From the IMG/VR virus record IMGVR_UViG_3300008997_000047: a stretch of 55,812 bases of DNA. One strand, written 5' to 3'. Of this stretch, positions 15,801 to 23,541 are shown in pieces; position 1 is the stretch's first letter; each line of letters opens with the position of its first letter. The notes beneath the pieces are model-generated. The model ran no database searches. It worked only from the letters and a program-made list of their open reading frames with translations, and was not told the DNA's origin. Both the position numbers and the translations under genes were made by a program. This DNA is from a virus.

Positions 15801-16228
15801 CCAAAGTGCGGGGGGGCATACGAACTGCGGGAAAAGTTCTCAACTATGCGACCCTCCCGATTGTCGCCCTCGAAGCTTATGGTATGACCAAGCAAGCAGT
15901 GGAGGAGGGGCCAGGAGCAGTTGCGCGTCAAGTTGCAGAGGGAGCAGAAGAAACTGGCCGCGCTATTGGCCGGGTTCTTCTGCCCAAGGCGGCCGAAGAG
16001 GCGCTTGGTCTTGACGAGCCGGGCACACTCCGGAAGGAGCGGGGCCGCGAGGCGATGGAGCAGATTCAAGCGGAAATCCAAACCCAAGCGCCGGACGAAG
16101 AGGCTGTGGAGTTCTTTGAGCAAGATTCCCAGCAGCCCATCCAGAGCGGATGGGGATACTTGGGAGCAAGTGATCCATTGCACAAGCAACGCCAAGATGC
16201 CATTAGGAAGGCAATGGCTAAGGAATAA
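12833..16228 (+). CDS. Large hypothetical protein (1131 aa) between terminase and portal; probably virion-associated
   Basis: Uninterrupted 3.4-kb ORF. GTG start after GAGGAGC. The stop overlaps the portal ATG (TAATG). No motif recognised. Confidence 0.7.
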   Translation: MAKVDTSRRDQRQDAAKQAILKDLLKQRLVELAEAGFVISIGGAAYNRLLQSLGEAAEMGGVDVEALLRDPKLMQDFSTAHIAGNWEQMEKNWLRAQLRKGVFKQSPESASKFQMKIKMGLINDGRHKLQEQLEERGEEKPNLREARQEFFLGRKQVRQWHDVIASVTALDATDSATWMALEEAADSYRHEEGAKILNNRIRYLKPPDMPEGLWKELLEAKAGQLFHLMEDPLELLTEEDKTNLRLQTRAAQEWGRALKVAEGTSPGGMSPRLQRYSEQQQRLSQMETGPGRGGGQLLPGEMAFNPAISTRPSVRASQFIPEYYNAIRGRGITEAWRNNVDPEFLKKLQFVHWTRDPEEIADAMSGKPDFVGGGWDAEVPYGARLEDDISAHAYLKEGPEGFGGPRFHSGIRAVGLVLEGDVNFIGNFDIYSAPTQGLGPLGEEHHPALRPATSRKTGIPMGQRRWVSTHPTSAEQFGHSPILPVLDKETFLTTEQKAGEVGGKKASSAGKVNEALLGNTEVVGVVIPHEEIREYYDQNFSQRGTARTMAQEAAQVAERFQVPLLGLDKKPLPPVEVWLPTDTPADKLAVKLVQSLQRRVQAPVAALEAKKSKKEIEEALKAAHLQQDYRTVARLAAPISGKADAAILNSPAFRGAWENAIREKEDYFRARKVYFPDYWDGEQWAGHVKAAYAAHGDPAALLTDILEIPVVAGWETWDEKVPERSIKYNRTLYGFLKNLQPLRNEIDLPAHPQKEFASAIAWDNAIEDVHTIPKIAADTSRLWKDRQRSILRILERAVFIQENFDWIKVGNAGASTEFPFPESLKYASRYAIPGAEEHGPIVRGIQQYWSKRDNAVKHIADKIGDKPTGLVKQAPAKVVPQTKAAPQTPRAKAALPAPEPTPGKPPPKGVDPVGRWLKEVPVKAQAGTAYEAIKAKSPEMLRAPDVAKAVRDGDRLMEAARAAEDAGNLPRAKQLRLTAERQFLSLERLAKVRGGIRTAGKVLNYATLPIVALEAYGMTKQAVEEGPGAVARQVAEGAEETGRAIGRVLLPKAAEEALGLDEPGTLRKERGREAMEQIQAEIQTQAPDEEAVEFFEQDSQQPIQSGWGYLGASDPLHKQRQDAIRKAMAKE

Positions 16229-18072
16229 TGATGCTCGACAAGAAGCAAGTCAAAGGTCTCATCGAGACTCACAAGGGCAAAGCCCAAATCGACCAGCGGG
16301 AGTGGGACCGCCTCCGGGCTTGGTACACCAGCGATGCGGGGCAGCTTGCCAGCGATATGCCCCAAGGCTCGGGCGGGCTTCTCTACGAAGAGGATGACCT
16401 CTCGTTGGAGACGAACTATCCGTATGCGTTCGTCGATACGATGGTCGCAAACATCTCTCCGGCCAACCCGGAAGTAACAGTCAACGCCCGACGGCGGGAA
16501 CTCCACGAAGCGGCGAAGTACCGCGAAGCCCTCATCAATGACACGCTCCGTCGGACAAGCGGACATCGTGTCATCTGGCGAGCAGCGACGATGGCTTCCA
16601 TTTATCCTCGGGCCTTCGTCAAGTCGGTCTGGAACTTCCGCCGTCGGGCACCTGACTTCCTCAACATCGACCCGCGCTACGTCTGGTTTGATATGAGCGC
16701 CCTGCGTTGGGAAGACATTCGGTATCTCATCGAGGTGACCGTTCTCACCCAGGCTGATTTCGAGGAGCGGATGACGCCCGACGCGAAGGGCGAGACGATG
16801 TACAACCCTGTTGTAGGCGAAAAGGCCGACTTCGGGTCATACCCCGAATGGCTCCGGGACCGTCAGCAGGACCGTTCGTTGGTCAACACCGCGAGCCGGG
16901 ACGTGTTTGAGTGGGTCACGGTCTACGAGGTTTACGACTTCTCGGGCGAGGGCCGGTACTACCACTACCTGGAAGACCAGGATGAACCGTTGTTTGAGGG
17001 CGAGCTTCCGTACCGTTTCGTGCGGAATCCTTTCACGATGCTCGCCTTCAATGATAACCTGGGCGATATCGGTGGCCTCTCGGACGTGAAGCTTATCAAG
17101 CCTGTGCTTGAGCGCCTGAACGAGTTGGATACGCTGATGCTCTGGTTTGCCCAAACGGCAATCCCGGTCACGCTTCTCAACACTGGGCTGGTGGACAACC
17201 CCGAGCACATCCGCTCGCAGTTCCGAGACGCCACCAACCCGGGCTCCATTGTCGAAGTCAGTGGGAAGGCGAACGCCTCAATCGGGGACATTATCGGGCA
17301 CACACAGACGCCCAGCCTCTCTCCGGAGTTCATCGCCAGCCGGGATCGCTGTATTCAAATCATCGAGTTCATCCTGGGCATTCCACAGTACAGCCGTGGG
17401 GTGGTCGGTGTGACGGATGTTGCAACCGAGGTTGCCTTGGCGGACACGGCGACCCGGACAAGAAATGGTCGTCGGATGAAGGAAATCTACGACTTGGTTT
17501 CCTGGCAGTCCAAGGCTATCACCGGGCTCTACGAAGAGTTCCTCTCGGAAGAGGAAGTGCTTCCCATCCGTCTTCTGGGCTCGCTTGAGTCTCTTGAGGT
17601 CACCCGGGCATCAATGATGGCGCGTGAAGTTCTGTCTGCCCGAGGGGAGGAACCCCTTGAGTACGACTACGAGGCGGTGCCCTACTCTCCGACGGAGAAC
17701 AATCGACTCGTACAGCTTCGCAACTTGAGCCAGTTTTTTCCTTTGCTCCAAGAGAGCGCAGTTGTAGACCAGCAGCGTCTCACCAGGAAGTTGCTTGAAC
17801 TGCTCCAGATGGATGATGTTCTCAAGAGCGACCAAGAGTTGGAGCAAGAGCAGATGATGGCCCAGGCCCAGATGGGCCAAGCTGCGCCGGGCATGGGCAT
17901 GGCCCCGCCAATGCCCGAGGGGCTATCCGAAGAGGATACCCGAGCGACCGGGGCTCTTCCTCCGGGCACGGAAGTTCCGCTTCCGCCCAATGGAATCGGA
18001 GGGGCGGGTACTCCCATGCCGGGCTTCGGAGGCGCTCCGTTCAGTCTTCCAGAAGGGATCAAGGGGAAATAG
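16228..18072 (+). CDS. Portal protein (putative)
   Basis: 614 aa. Position relative to terL, scaffold and capsid, plus size. C-terminus is low-complexity (M/A/P/G). No sequence motif was checked. Confidence 0.55.
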   Translation: MMLDKKQVKGLIETHKGKAQIDQREWDRLRAWYTSDAGQLASDMPQGSGGLLYEEDDLSLETNYPYAFVDTMVANISPANPEVTVNARRRELHEAAKYREALINDTLRRTSGHRVIWRAATMASIYPRAFVKSVWNFRRRAPDFLNIDPRYVWFDMSALRWEDIRYLIEVTVLTQADFEERMTPDAKGETMYNPVVGEKADFGSYPEWLRDRQQDRSLVNTASRDVFEWVTVYEVYDFSGEGRYYHYLEDQDEPLFEGELPYRFVRNPFTMLAFNDNLGDIGGLSDVKLIKPVLERLNELDTLMLWFAQTAIPVTLLNTGLVDNPEHIRSQFRDATNPGSIVEVSGKANASIGDIIGHTQTPSLSPEFIASRDRCIQIIEFILGIPQYSRGVVGVTDVATEVALADTATRTRNGRRMKEIYDLVSWQSKAITGLYEEFLSEEEVLPIRLLGSLESLEVTRASMMAREVLSARGEEPLEYDYEAVPYSPTENNRLVQLRNLSQFFPLLQESAVVDQQRLTRKLLELLQMDDVLKSDQELEQEQMMAQAQMGQAAPGMGMAPPMPEGLSEEDTRATGALPPGTEVPLPPNGIGGAGTPMPGFGGAPFSLPEGIKGK

Positions 18073-18074
18073 TT

Positions 18075-18503
18075 ATGCCACTGTACGAAGGAGAGTGCCG
18101 ACACGGCTGCGGGCGCTTCGAAGACGTGATGAAGGTCCACGAATACGAGTCCGATGGGCTCATTTGCCCCGAATGTGGGCTCCAAGCGAAGGTAATCATC
18201 TCCGCAGTACCCACAGTTGGGCCTATGCCCTCCAAACCACTGGTCATCGACCAGATTGGGCAATCATTCACCTCCAGGTCGGAGATGCGAAGGTATTTCG
18301 AGGGTCGTCCTGATCGGAAAATCGTAGACCCGAACGACTCTTCCTTCACTGCGTTCAAGGATAATGCCCGCGCCCGGGCGGACGTGTCAGCGAAGCGCCT
18401 CGGATTCGATGATCACGAGGACCGAGGCCGTCGAGTGAAGGCTGAAACGGCAAAACATGAAAAAATCGCCCGTGGAGAGGGGAAGATTTTCAGCAATGCT
18501 TGA
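18075..18503 (+). CDS. FmdB-like zinc-ribbon protein
   Basis: N-terminus MPLYEGECRHGCGRFE...CPECG matches the MPxYEYxCxxCGxxFE...CPxCG pattern of CxxC_CxxC_SSSS zinc ribbons. Confidence 0.55.
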   Translation: MPLYEGECRHGCGRFEDVMKVHEYESDGLICPECGLQAKVIISAVPTVGPMPSKPLVIDQIGQSFTSRSEMRRYFEGRPDRKIVDPNDSSFTAFKDNARARADVSAKRLGFDDHEDRGRRVKAETAKHEKIARGEGKIFSNA

Positions 18504-18548
18504 CGAGACAAGTGTACTTGGGTAGAACTTTTTCAGGGAGATACGCCA

Positions 18549-18974
18549 ATGGCCGACAAAAACGACGACATGCCCTACGCCGAGGACGAAGAATCCGAAA
18601 TGGAAGCGGAGTTTGAGGATGTAGGGGCAGCCGACGAGGCTATGGGCGAAGAAGCCGCTGAAATGGGAGCCGAAGCCGCCGAAGAAGGCGAGATGGCTGC
18701 CGAAGAGGGCGAAATGCCCTACGAGGGTGGGGAAGAGGAAGCTCCGATGGAGTATGCCTCTTTGGATGAGGGTGTCATGGGCTTGATTGACACCTGGGCC
18801 CCTACAACCCCCGAAGGTGAGCAGTACAAGCAGGAACTCCAAGACTTGTACACGCAGTTTGAGGCTGGTGGAGAGGAGATGGGTGCAGAAGAGGGGATTC
18901 CTGCCGGGCTTCTTTCTGATATGCGCTCCGCTGCTGCTTCCCGCGCCTTCGGTGGTGGTGGAGAAGCACTTTGA
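18549..18974 (+). CDS. Hyper-acidic E/A/M/G-rich protein
   Basis: 141-aa ORF. Contains runs such as EEGEMAAEEGEMPYEGGEEE. RBS CAGGGAGATACGCCAATG. Confidence 0.6.
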   Translation: MADKNDDMPYAEDEESEMEAEFEDVGAADEAMGEEAAEMGAEAAEEGEMAAEEGEMPYEGGEEEAPMEYASLDEGVMGLIDTWAPTTPEGEQYKQELQDLYTQFEAGGEEMGAEEGIPAGLLSDMRSAAASRAFGGGGEAL

Positions 18975-19873
18975 GCGACGAGATCGCCAACGCTCCCGCG
19001 CCTGCGGCCCCTGCGGCTGTAGTGGAGCCTGTTTCTGCGCCTACCGGAGGTACTGTAGCGTCGTCTTCAGCAGGTGCGCCTCCCGCTGCTGCGACTTCGC
19101 CAGCCTCTACCCCCGATACTCCCGCATTTGCGTGGTCCGATTGGGATGGAGTGGATTCTTCTCTCCCAGAACACTTCCGAGAGGGCGCTGGGCACATCCG
19201 TTCACGGTTTGAACAGGACTATTCTCGCCAGAAGGAAGAGATCGAAGAGCTTCGGTCGGTTTACACCGCGATGCTCAACGAAGAAGAGGATCCCCGCATC
19301 GGGAAGATGACTTCGGAGCTTGAAGACCTGCGTGGCCAGCTTGGACATCGGAACTCGGACTTCGAGCAGCTTCAGGGCTACTACAAAGAGCTATCTGACG
19401 TAGCAGTCCAAGACTATGTGGAGCAGTTCTGGCAACATCACGCTCATATCAAGGAAGACTCGGCCAAGCTGGAACGCTTCGGTGCATTCATGGCCGAAGA
19501 AGGCGATTTGGGCGGCCCTTGGGACGGATATGTCGCTGCCAAGCTGATTGACCTCCCCGAAGAGGTACTTCAGGTAGCAATCGAAGCAAAGCGGGATGGT
19601 GTCTCCGATGAGTACGCGTATCGCCTTGCGGAAGCCCAATCTAAGCTCCTGGGCAAGGAAACTGCGGCCACTGAGGCCAAGCAGGCGGTCGCCAAGGAAA
19701 TCAAGAAGGCCGCGTCCAAGCCTCGGCCTGCGTCGAAGATTACAAACGGAGCCACGGGCGGATCACGCCCCGCTGCTGCCGAAGCCTCCATGTCTGGGAC
19801 CAAGACCCTGGATGAGATGCGAGGAATGGCCGCCAAGCGGGCACTCAAGGTCCACTCGGGCGGAAAACGGTAG
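18971..19873 (+). CDS. Scaffolding-like protein (putative)
   Basis: 300 aa. TTG start overlaps the upstream stop (TTGA). Central helical, charged segment and K/R-rich tail. Lies immediately upstream of the capsid gene. No prohead protease gene was seen. Confidence 0.45.
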   Translation: MSDEIANAPAPAAPAAVVEPVSAPTGGTVASSSAGAPPAAATSPASTPDTPAFAWSDWDGVDSSLPEHFREGAGHIRSRFEQDYSRQKEEIEELRSVYTAMLNEEEDPRIGKMTSELEDLRGQLGHRNSDFEQLQGYYKELSDVAVQDYVEQFWQHHAHIKEDSAKLERFGAFMAEEGDLGGPWDGYVAAKLIDLPEEVLQVAIEAKRDGVSDEYAYRLAEAQSKLLGKETAATEAKQAVAKEIKKAASKPRPASKITNGATGGSRPAAAEASMSGTKTLDEMRGMAAKRALKVHSGGKR

Positions 19874-19931
19874 ATTTCACACCCCTCATCACCCGGAGCT
19901 TTGCTCCTAATCCCACAAAGGACAATCCCAA

Positions 19932-21026
19932 ATGGCAATCAATCCTGATGTCCTTGCAACTGCGTTGCAGGACTTGGCTCCGGGATATTCGGAGCTATTC
20001 TCGCTCTGGCATCCGCTCATGGAGCGTATTGTTAGTAAGGGGAACATTGATCGGGCATCCCTGAAAGGTCCCTTCCGCGAGTTCGTGGTTGTGACTGACG
20101 GGCCCGGTACTGTGACCCAAGTACTCACAGGCTCGGAAGTCATCGCTGGTGGTCGGGCACAGAACGCCCGTCGCGGCGATACCTTCGCTCCGAGGCTCAT
20201 CTATGCGTTTGATGTTCCTGGAAAGGACATGGCGGAAGCCAATGGTGAGAACGATCTTGCCAAGATTATCAAGCGTTATCCCGAACTGGCCCTCTCTGAT
20301 TTCCACGAGCGGATTTCTGACCAGGTTGCTGGCGGAAACTCGACTGCGGGCGTCGGTGGCTTCCTCACTCTGAATGGTGACCAGAACTACAACCCGCAGG
20401 GCACTGCTCGGAACGGTGTGTTCGAGTTCGCCCCTCCTGCCGGCCAGGTCGACACGGTGTTCAACCTGCTCAAGACAGGTGGTGCTGGCGGTCTCGCCGG
20501 TTGGCACAACCAGTTCGGTCAGGTCACCTCGTTCGCCACGGACGGCCGTGCAACGATGCGTCAAGCCTACTACGCTGCGAGCCGCCAGGGCTCAAAGACG
20601 AGTGGCCCCGTTGACCTGCTGCTGGGTGACGAGACTTCCTACCTCAACTACATCGACGACTTGGACGATCAGGTCCGCGTGATGAAGGTTGAGGGAGACA
20701 AGGCTCCCCCCCAACTCCGTCAAGGCATCCCGTTCATGGAGGCAGACTTCTTCCTGGAGCAGTCAATCTCTGACGGAATCACCGCTGGTAACTTCACCAC
20801 TGGTGGCTCCAACAACGGTGTCATCTACATGCTCAAGACTGATACTTGGCACATCTACACGCTGGGCCACGATTCGGGCATGGAGACGAAGGGCGACTTC
20901 GCCGTTCGTGGTCCCATTCGGATTCCCGAGCAGGACATGTGGCGCTATGAGTACGTTCTGAACATGGGCATGTACTGCGATCAACTTCGTGCAAACGGCG
21001 TCGTCACTGGCGCAGCCATTCCCTAA
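19932..21026 (+). CDS. Major capsid protein (putative)
   Basis: 364 aa. Position after the scaffold-like gene and before the decoration-like gene and a strong hairpin. Size fits HK97-fold capsids. Confidence 0.6.
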   Translation: MAINPDVLATALQDLAPGYSELFSLWHPLMERIVSKGNIDRASLKGPFREFVVVTDGPGTVTQVLTGSEVIAGGRAQNARRGDTFAPRLIYAFDVPGKDMAEANGENDLAKIIKRYPELALSDFHERISDQVAGGNSTAGVGGFLTLNGDQNYNPQGTARNGVFEFAPPAGQVDTVFNLLKTGGAGGLAGWHNQFGQVTSFATDGRATMRQAYYAASRQGSKTSGPVDLLLGDETSYLNYIDDLDDQVRVMKVEGDKAPPQLRQGIPFMEADFFLEQSISDGITAGNFTTGGSNNGVIYMLKTDTWHIYTLGHDSGMETKGDFAVRGPIRIPEQDMWRYEYVLNMGMYCDQLRANGVVTGAAIP

Positions 21027-21037
21027 AGGACTACGAC

Positions 21038-21577
21038 ATGACTACTACTGCTGCTGGACTTGTTTCCACCACTGTTTCAACCGATCAACTCGCGCCCCTC
21101 GGGTTCGAGTTGGAAGAGCCTGCCTCCGCAGGTGGCGATGACCGCGCTGGACAAGGACCCCGTATTTGGGTCTACGTCCAGAATGACGCGGCTGCTGCCG
21201 CCGCTTGGAGTGCTGGAAAGATCATCCAGCGCCTCAATGGAGCATCAACCTACCTCGGTGAGTTGACTGCGGCTGGTACGGTAGTACCTCCTGAACGCGT
21301 CATGGGTGTCGCCCAGCACGCTATTGCTGCGGGCTCCTTTGGCTTCATCCTGAAGCGCGGGATTGGGCTCGTCACTCCCGGGAATGGTACGGTACTGACA
21401 GTCGATACAGCCGTTACTTCTGGTGGTGCAGTTACTGCTGGAACAGGATTGGATGCCGTCGCCAATGCAAGTGCGATTACCGACACTACCAACGAAACTG
21501 TTGGGTGGTGTACGGTGGGCGCTGCTGCTGGGCCACTGACCAACGCCACCTGTTGGATCGACTGCCACGGCGGTTGA
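21038..21577 (+). CDS. Head decoration-like protein (DUF2190/beta-tulip-like pattern)
   Basis: 179 aa, A/G/T/V-rich. Motif GVAQHAIAAGSFGFILKRG. Lies directly after the capsid gene. Confidence 0.4.
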   Translation: MTTTAAGLVSTTVSTDQLAPLGFELEEPASAGGDDRAGQGPRIWVYVQNDAAAAAAWSAGKIIQRLNGASTYLGELTAAGTVVPPERVMGVAQHAIAAGSFGFILKRGIGLVTPGNGTVLTVDTAVTSGGAVTAGTGLDAVANASAITDTTNETVGWCTVGAAAGPLTNATCWIDCHGG

Positions 21578-21600
21578 TTCATCCAACAATCCAACCTCAA

Positions 21601-21630
21601 CACTCCCCTGGGCTCGCGCCTGGGGGAGTG
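21601..21630 (+). terminator. Stem-loop after the capsid and decoration genes
   Basis: CACTCCCC..GGC-tcgc-GCC..GGGGAGTG: 8+3 bp stem with a 2-nt internal mismatch. No U tract. Confidence 0.4.
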
Positions 21631-21671
21631 CTGGGGACGGATCCGGAGTAGACTGCTAAGCGGAGAAACAA

Positions 21672-23210
21672 GTGAACCTACAGGAAATCCGCAACGCTAT
21701 CTTCTCCCAAGCTGATTGGGCTCCAACTCAATCGCCTGATGCGATTGCCCGAGTTGACCTGTTCATCAACCGGGCCCTCTTCCAGATGACGCAGGAAGCA
21801 CCATTCCTGTTCTTCGAAGAGACGCTCAAGATTGCTACGCTCCCGGACAAGACCCCGGATACCGCAGCTATCCTCGCAGCCAACCCTGTTGGGCTGCCCG
21901 ACACCCTTTCGGTTGTAGCCACTGACCCTTGGGTCTTGGAGCGCAATCGGGTGACTACTACCCCTGGGCTCACCCTGTGGGATGCCACTGGCCGGTGGAA
22001 CAGTCGGATGATTGAAATCACCGACGCCCAGGGGCAGATTCATCGTCACCGCATCCGGGATATCTGGGTCGCTGGGGAGAACGAGCGGTTGAGCCTCTAT
22101 CGCCCGTGGCACAACACGACTGCGACTGCGCTCACCTATCGTATTTACAACGCTGCGTACTACCTCCCTGACGATGTGGTTGAGGTGAACTCGTTGCGCC
22201 TTGCCGAGGCTGGGCAGAACTGGCCTCTTGAGATCGTAGGGCAGTTCGAGGCCGAGGAGCTTTCGCTGGCGGATACTCCGTCACGCGTTGCTTCGGGGGT
22301 GCCTCGGGTGGCGTATCGCCGCGACCACTTCCAGATTGAGACGCCTACGAGAGCGCCGACGTTCACACTGCTGGATAATCCGAATAACTGGCAGGGCCCC
22401 GACCCTGCTGGGCAGTTCGACTATGTGTTCACCTATACCTGGGGCTATCGAGATGGTGAGCTTCAAGACTTTGGGCCTGAGCAGAGCTTGCTCATCGCGC
22501 CCAACGATGCTCGACTCGAACCCAGGTTTGAGAGTGCTCCGAGCCCCTCTCTTCGGGTCACCCTGACGGATAATAACTCGGGCATTGAACTCCGAACCCC
22601 CAGCATAGATTACATGCAAGGCTTCGGGACGATTGGTGACCCCCGCTACCTTCACGGAGGCTGGCGTAAGCGGATCTACCGTCGGCGGAATACCATCATC
22701 GATCCCACTGGCCTCCCCAATGCTGGAGCTACTACGGGAGAAGAGGAGCGGGAATCCATCAACGAGTATTTGCTCCTCTTCGACATCCCGGGCAACCAAA
22801 CAGTAGTGAATGATTTGGGTCTTGTCATCCCGGACTACCACCGTCGTCTTCGCGACGTACATGGGTATGAGTCTTTGATGCTCTACCCACGCCCCGACCG
22901 TCGCTACGAAGTGGATGTTCGATGTATCCGCCGCCCGAAGCGCCTCGCGGATAACTCCGACGTGCCGCCGATTCACGTCGACGCGGTCGAGTGCCTCATC
23001 CACCGGGCATTGGCTTTCCTCTACGAAGCCCAAGGGAACGCGCCTCTCGCTGACCGCGCCCTGGGCAAGTATCAAACTGACCTCTTCACACTCACCAAGC
23101 GGTATGGCGATCTGCGCTACCCTGCCGAGGTGCTTCGCAAGCGCCCCGCCCGGGCACAGCGGGTTATCGACAGTAGACGCCCGTACCGACGTTGGTACAA
23201 TCTGCCGTAG
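21672..23210 (+). CDS. Hypothetical virion protein (adaptor / tail-tubular-A position)
   Basis: 512-aa ORF with a GTG start. First gene after the post-capsid hairpin. Confidence 0.5.
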   Translation: MNLQEIRNAIFSQADWAPTQSPDAIARVDLFINRALFQMTQEAPFLFFEETLKIATLPDKTPDTAAILAANPVGLPDTLSVVATDPWVLERNRVTTTPGLTLWDATGRWNSRMIEITDAQGQIHRHRIRDIWVAGENERLSLYRPWHNTTATALTYRIYNAAYYLPDDVVEVNSLRLAEAGQNWPLEIVGQFEAEELSLADTPSRVASGVPRVAYRRDHFQIETPTRAPTFTLLDNPNNWQGPDPAGQFDYVFTYTWGYRDGELQDFGPEQSLLIAPNDARLEPRFESAPSPSLRVTLTDNNSGIELRTPSIDYMQGFGTIGDPRYLHGGWRKRIYRRRNTIIDPTGLPNAGATTGEEERESINEYLLLFDIPGNQTVVNDLGLVIPDYHRRLRDVHGYESLMLYPRPDRRYEVDVRCIRRPKRLADNSDVPPIHVDAVECLIHRALAFLYEAQGNAPLADRALGKYQTDLFTLTKRYGDLRYPAEVLRKRPARAQRVIDSRRPYRRWYNLP

Positions 23211-23218
23211 GAGCACTC

Positions 23219-23518
23219 ATGGAAGACACCCTCATTGAAACCCCCCTGCTGATTGCTGGAGCAATCTACGAGCAAACCACTCCCCAAGGGGAAGTGGAGC
23301 AGTTCGTTTGCTTTGCCACCAAGGTTCTGACCAACCGCAAGGAAGGCATGATTCGGCGCTACGGTTATTGCGATGAGCGTATCATCGAAGGCTCCGAGGC
23401 GATGGTCGGATGGAAGCTCATCTGGGCTCCCAACCAGGACATCAGTCCCCGGACTGGCAAGCCCACGCGGAAGTACGCCAAGAAGGCCAAGACCGAGAAC
23501 GGCAAGGCATCCGAATAG
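23219..23518 (+). CDS. Hypothetical small protein
   Basis: ATG 23219 after TAGGAGCACTC. 99 aa. Confidence 0.55.
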   Translation: MEDTLIETPLLIAGAIYEQTTPQGEVEQFVCFATKVLTNRKEGMIRRYGYCDERIIEGSEAMVGWKLIWAPNQDISPRTGKPTRKYAKKAKTENGKASE

Positions 23519-23541
23519 TCGGCTAAAGGGAGGGCCTTTCG

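Noticed and set aside
21095-21110. tRNA T-loop-like GGTTCGA strings (also near 52870 and 39605).
   Set aside because: All lie inside well-supported coding frames, and no acceptor or anticodon stems could be folded around them. No tRNA is called.
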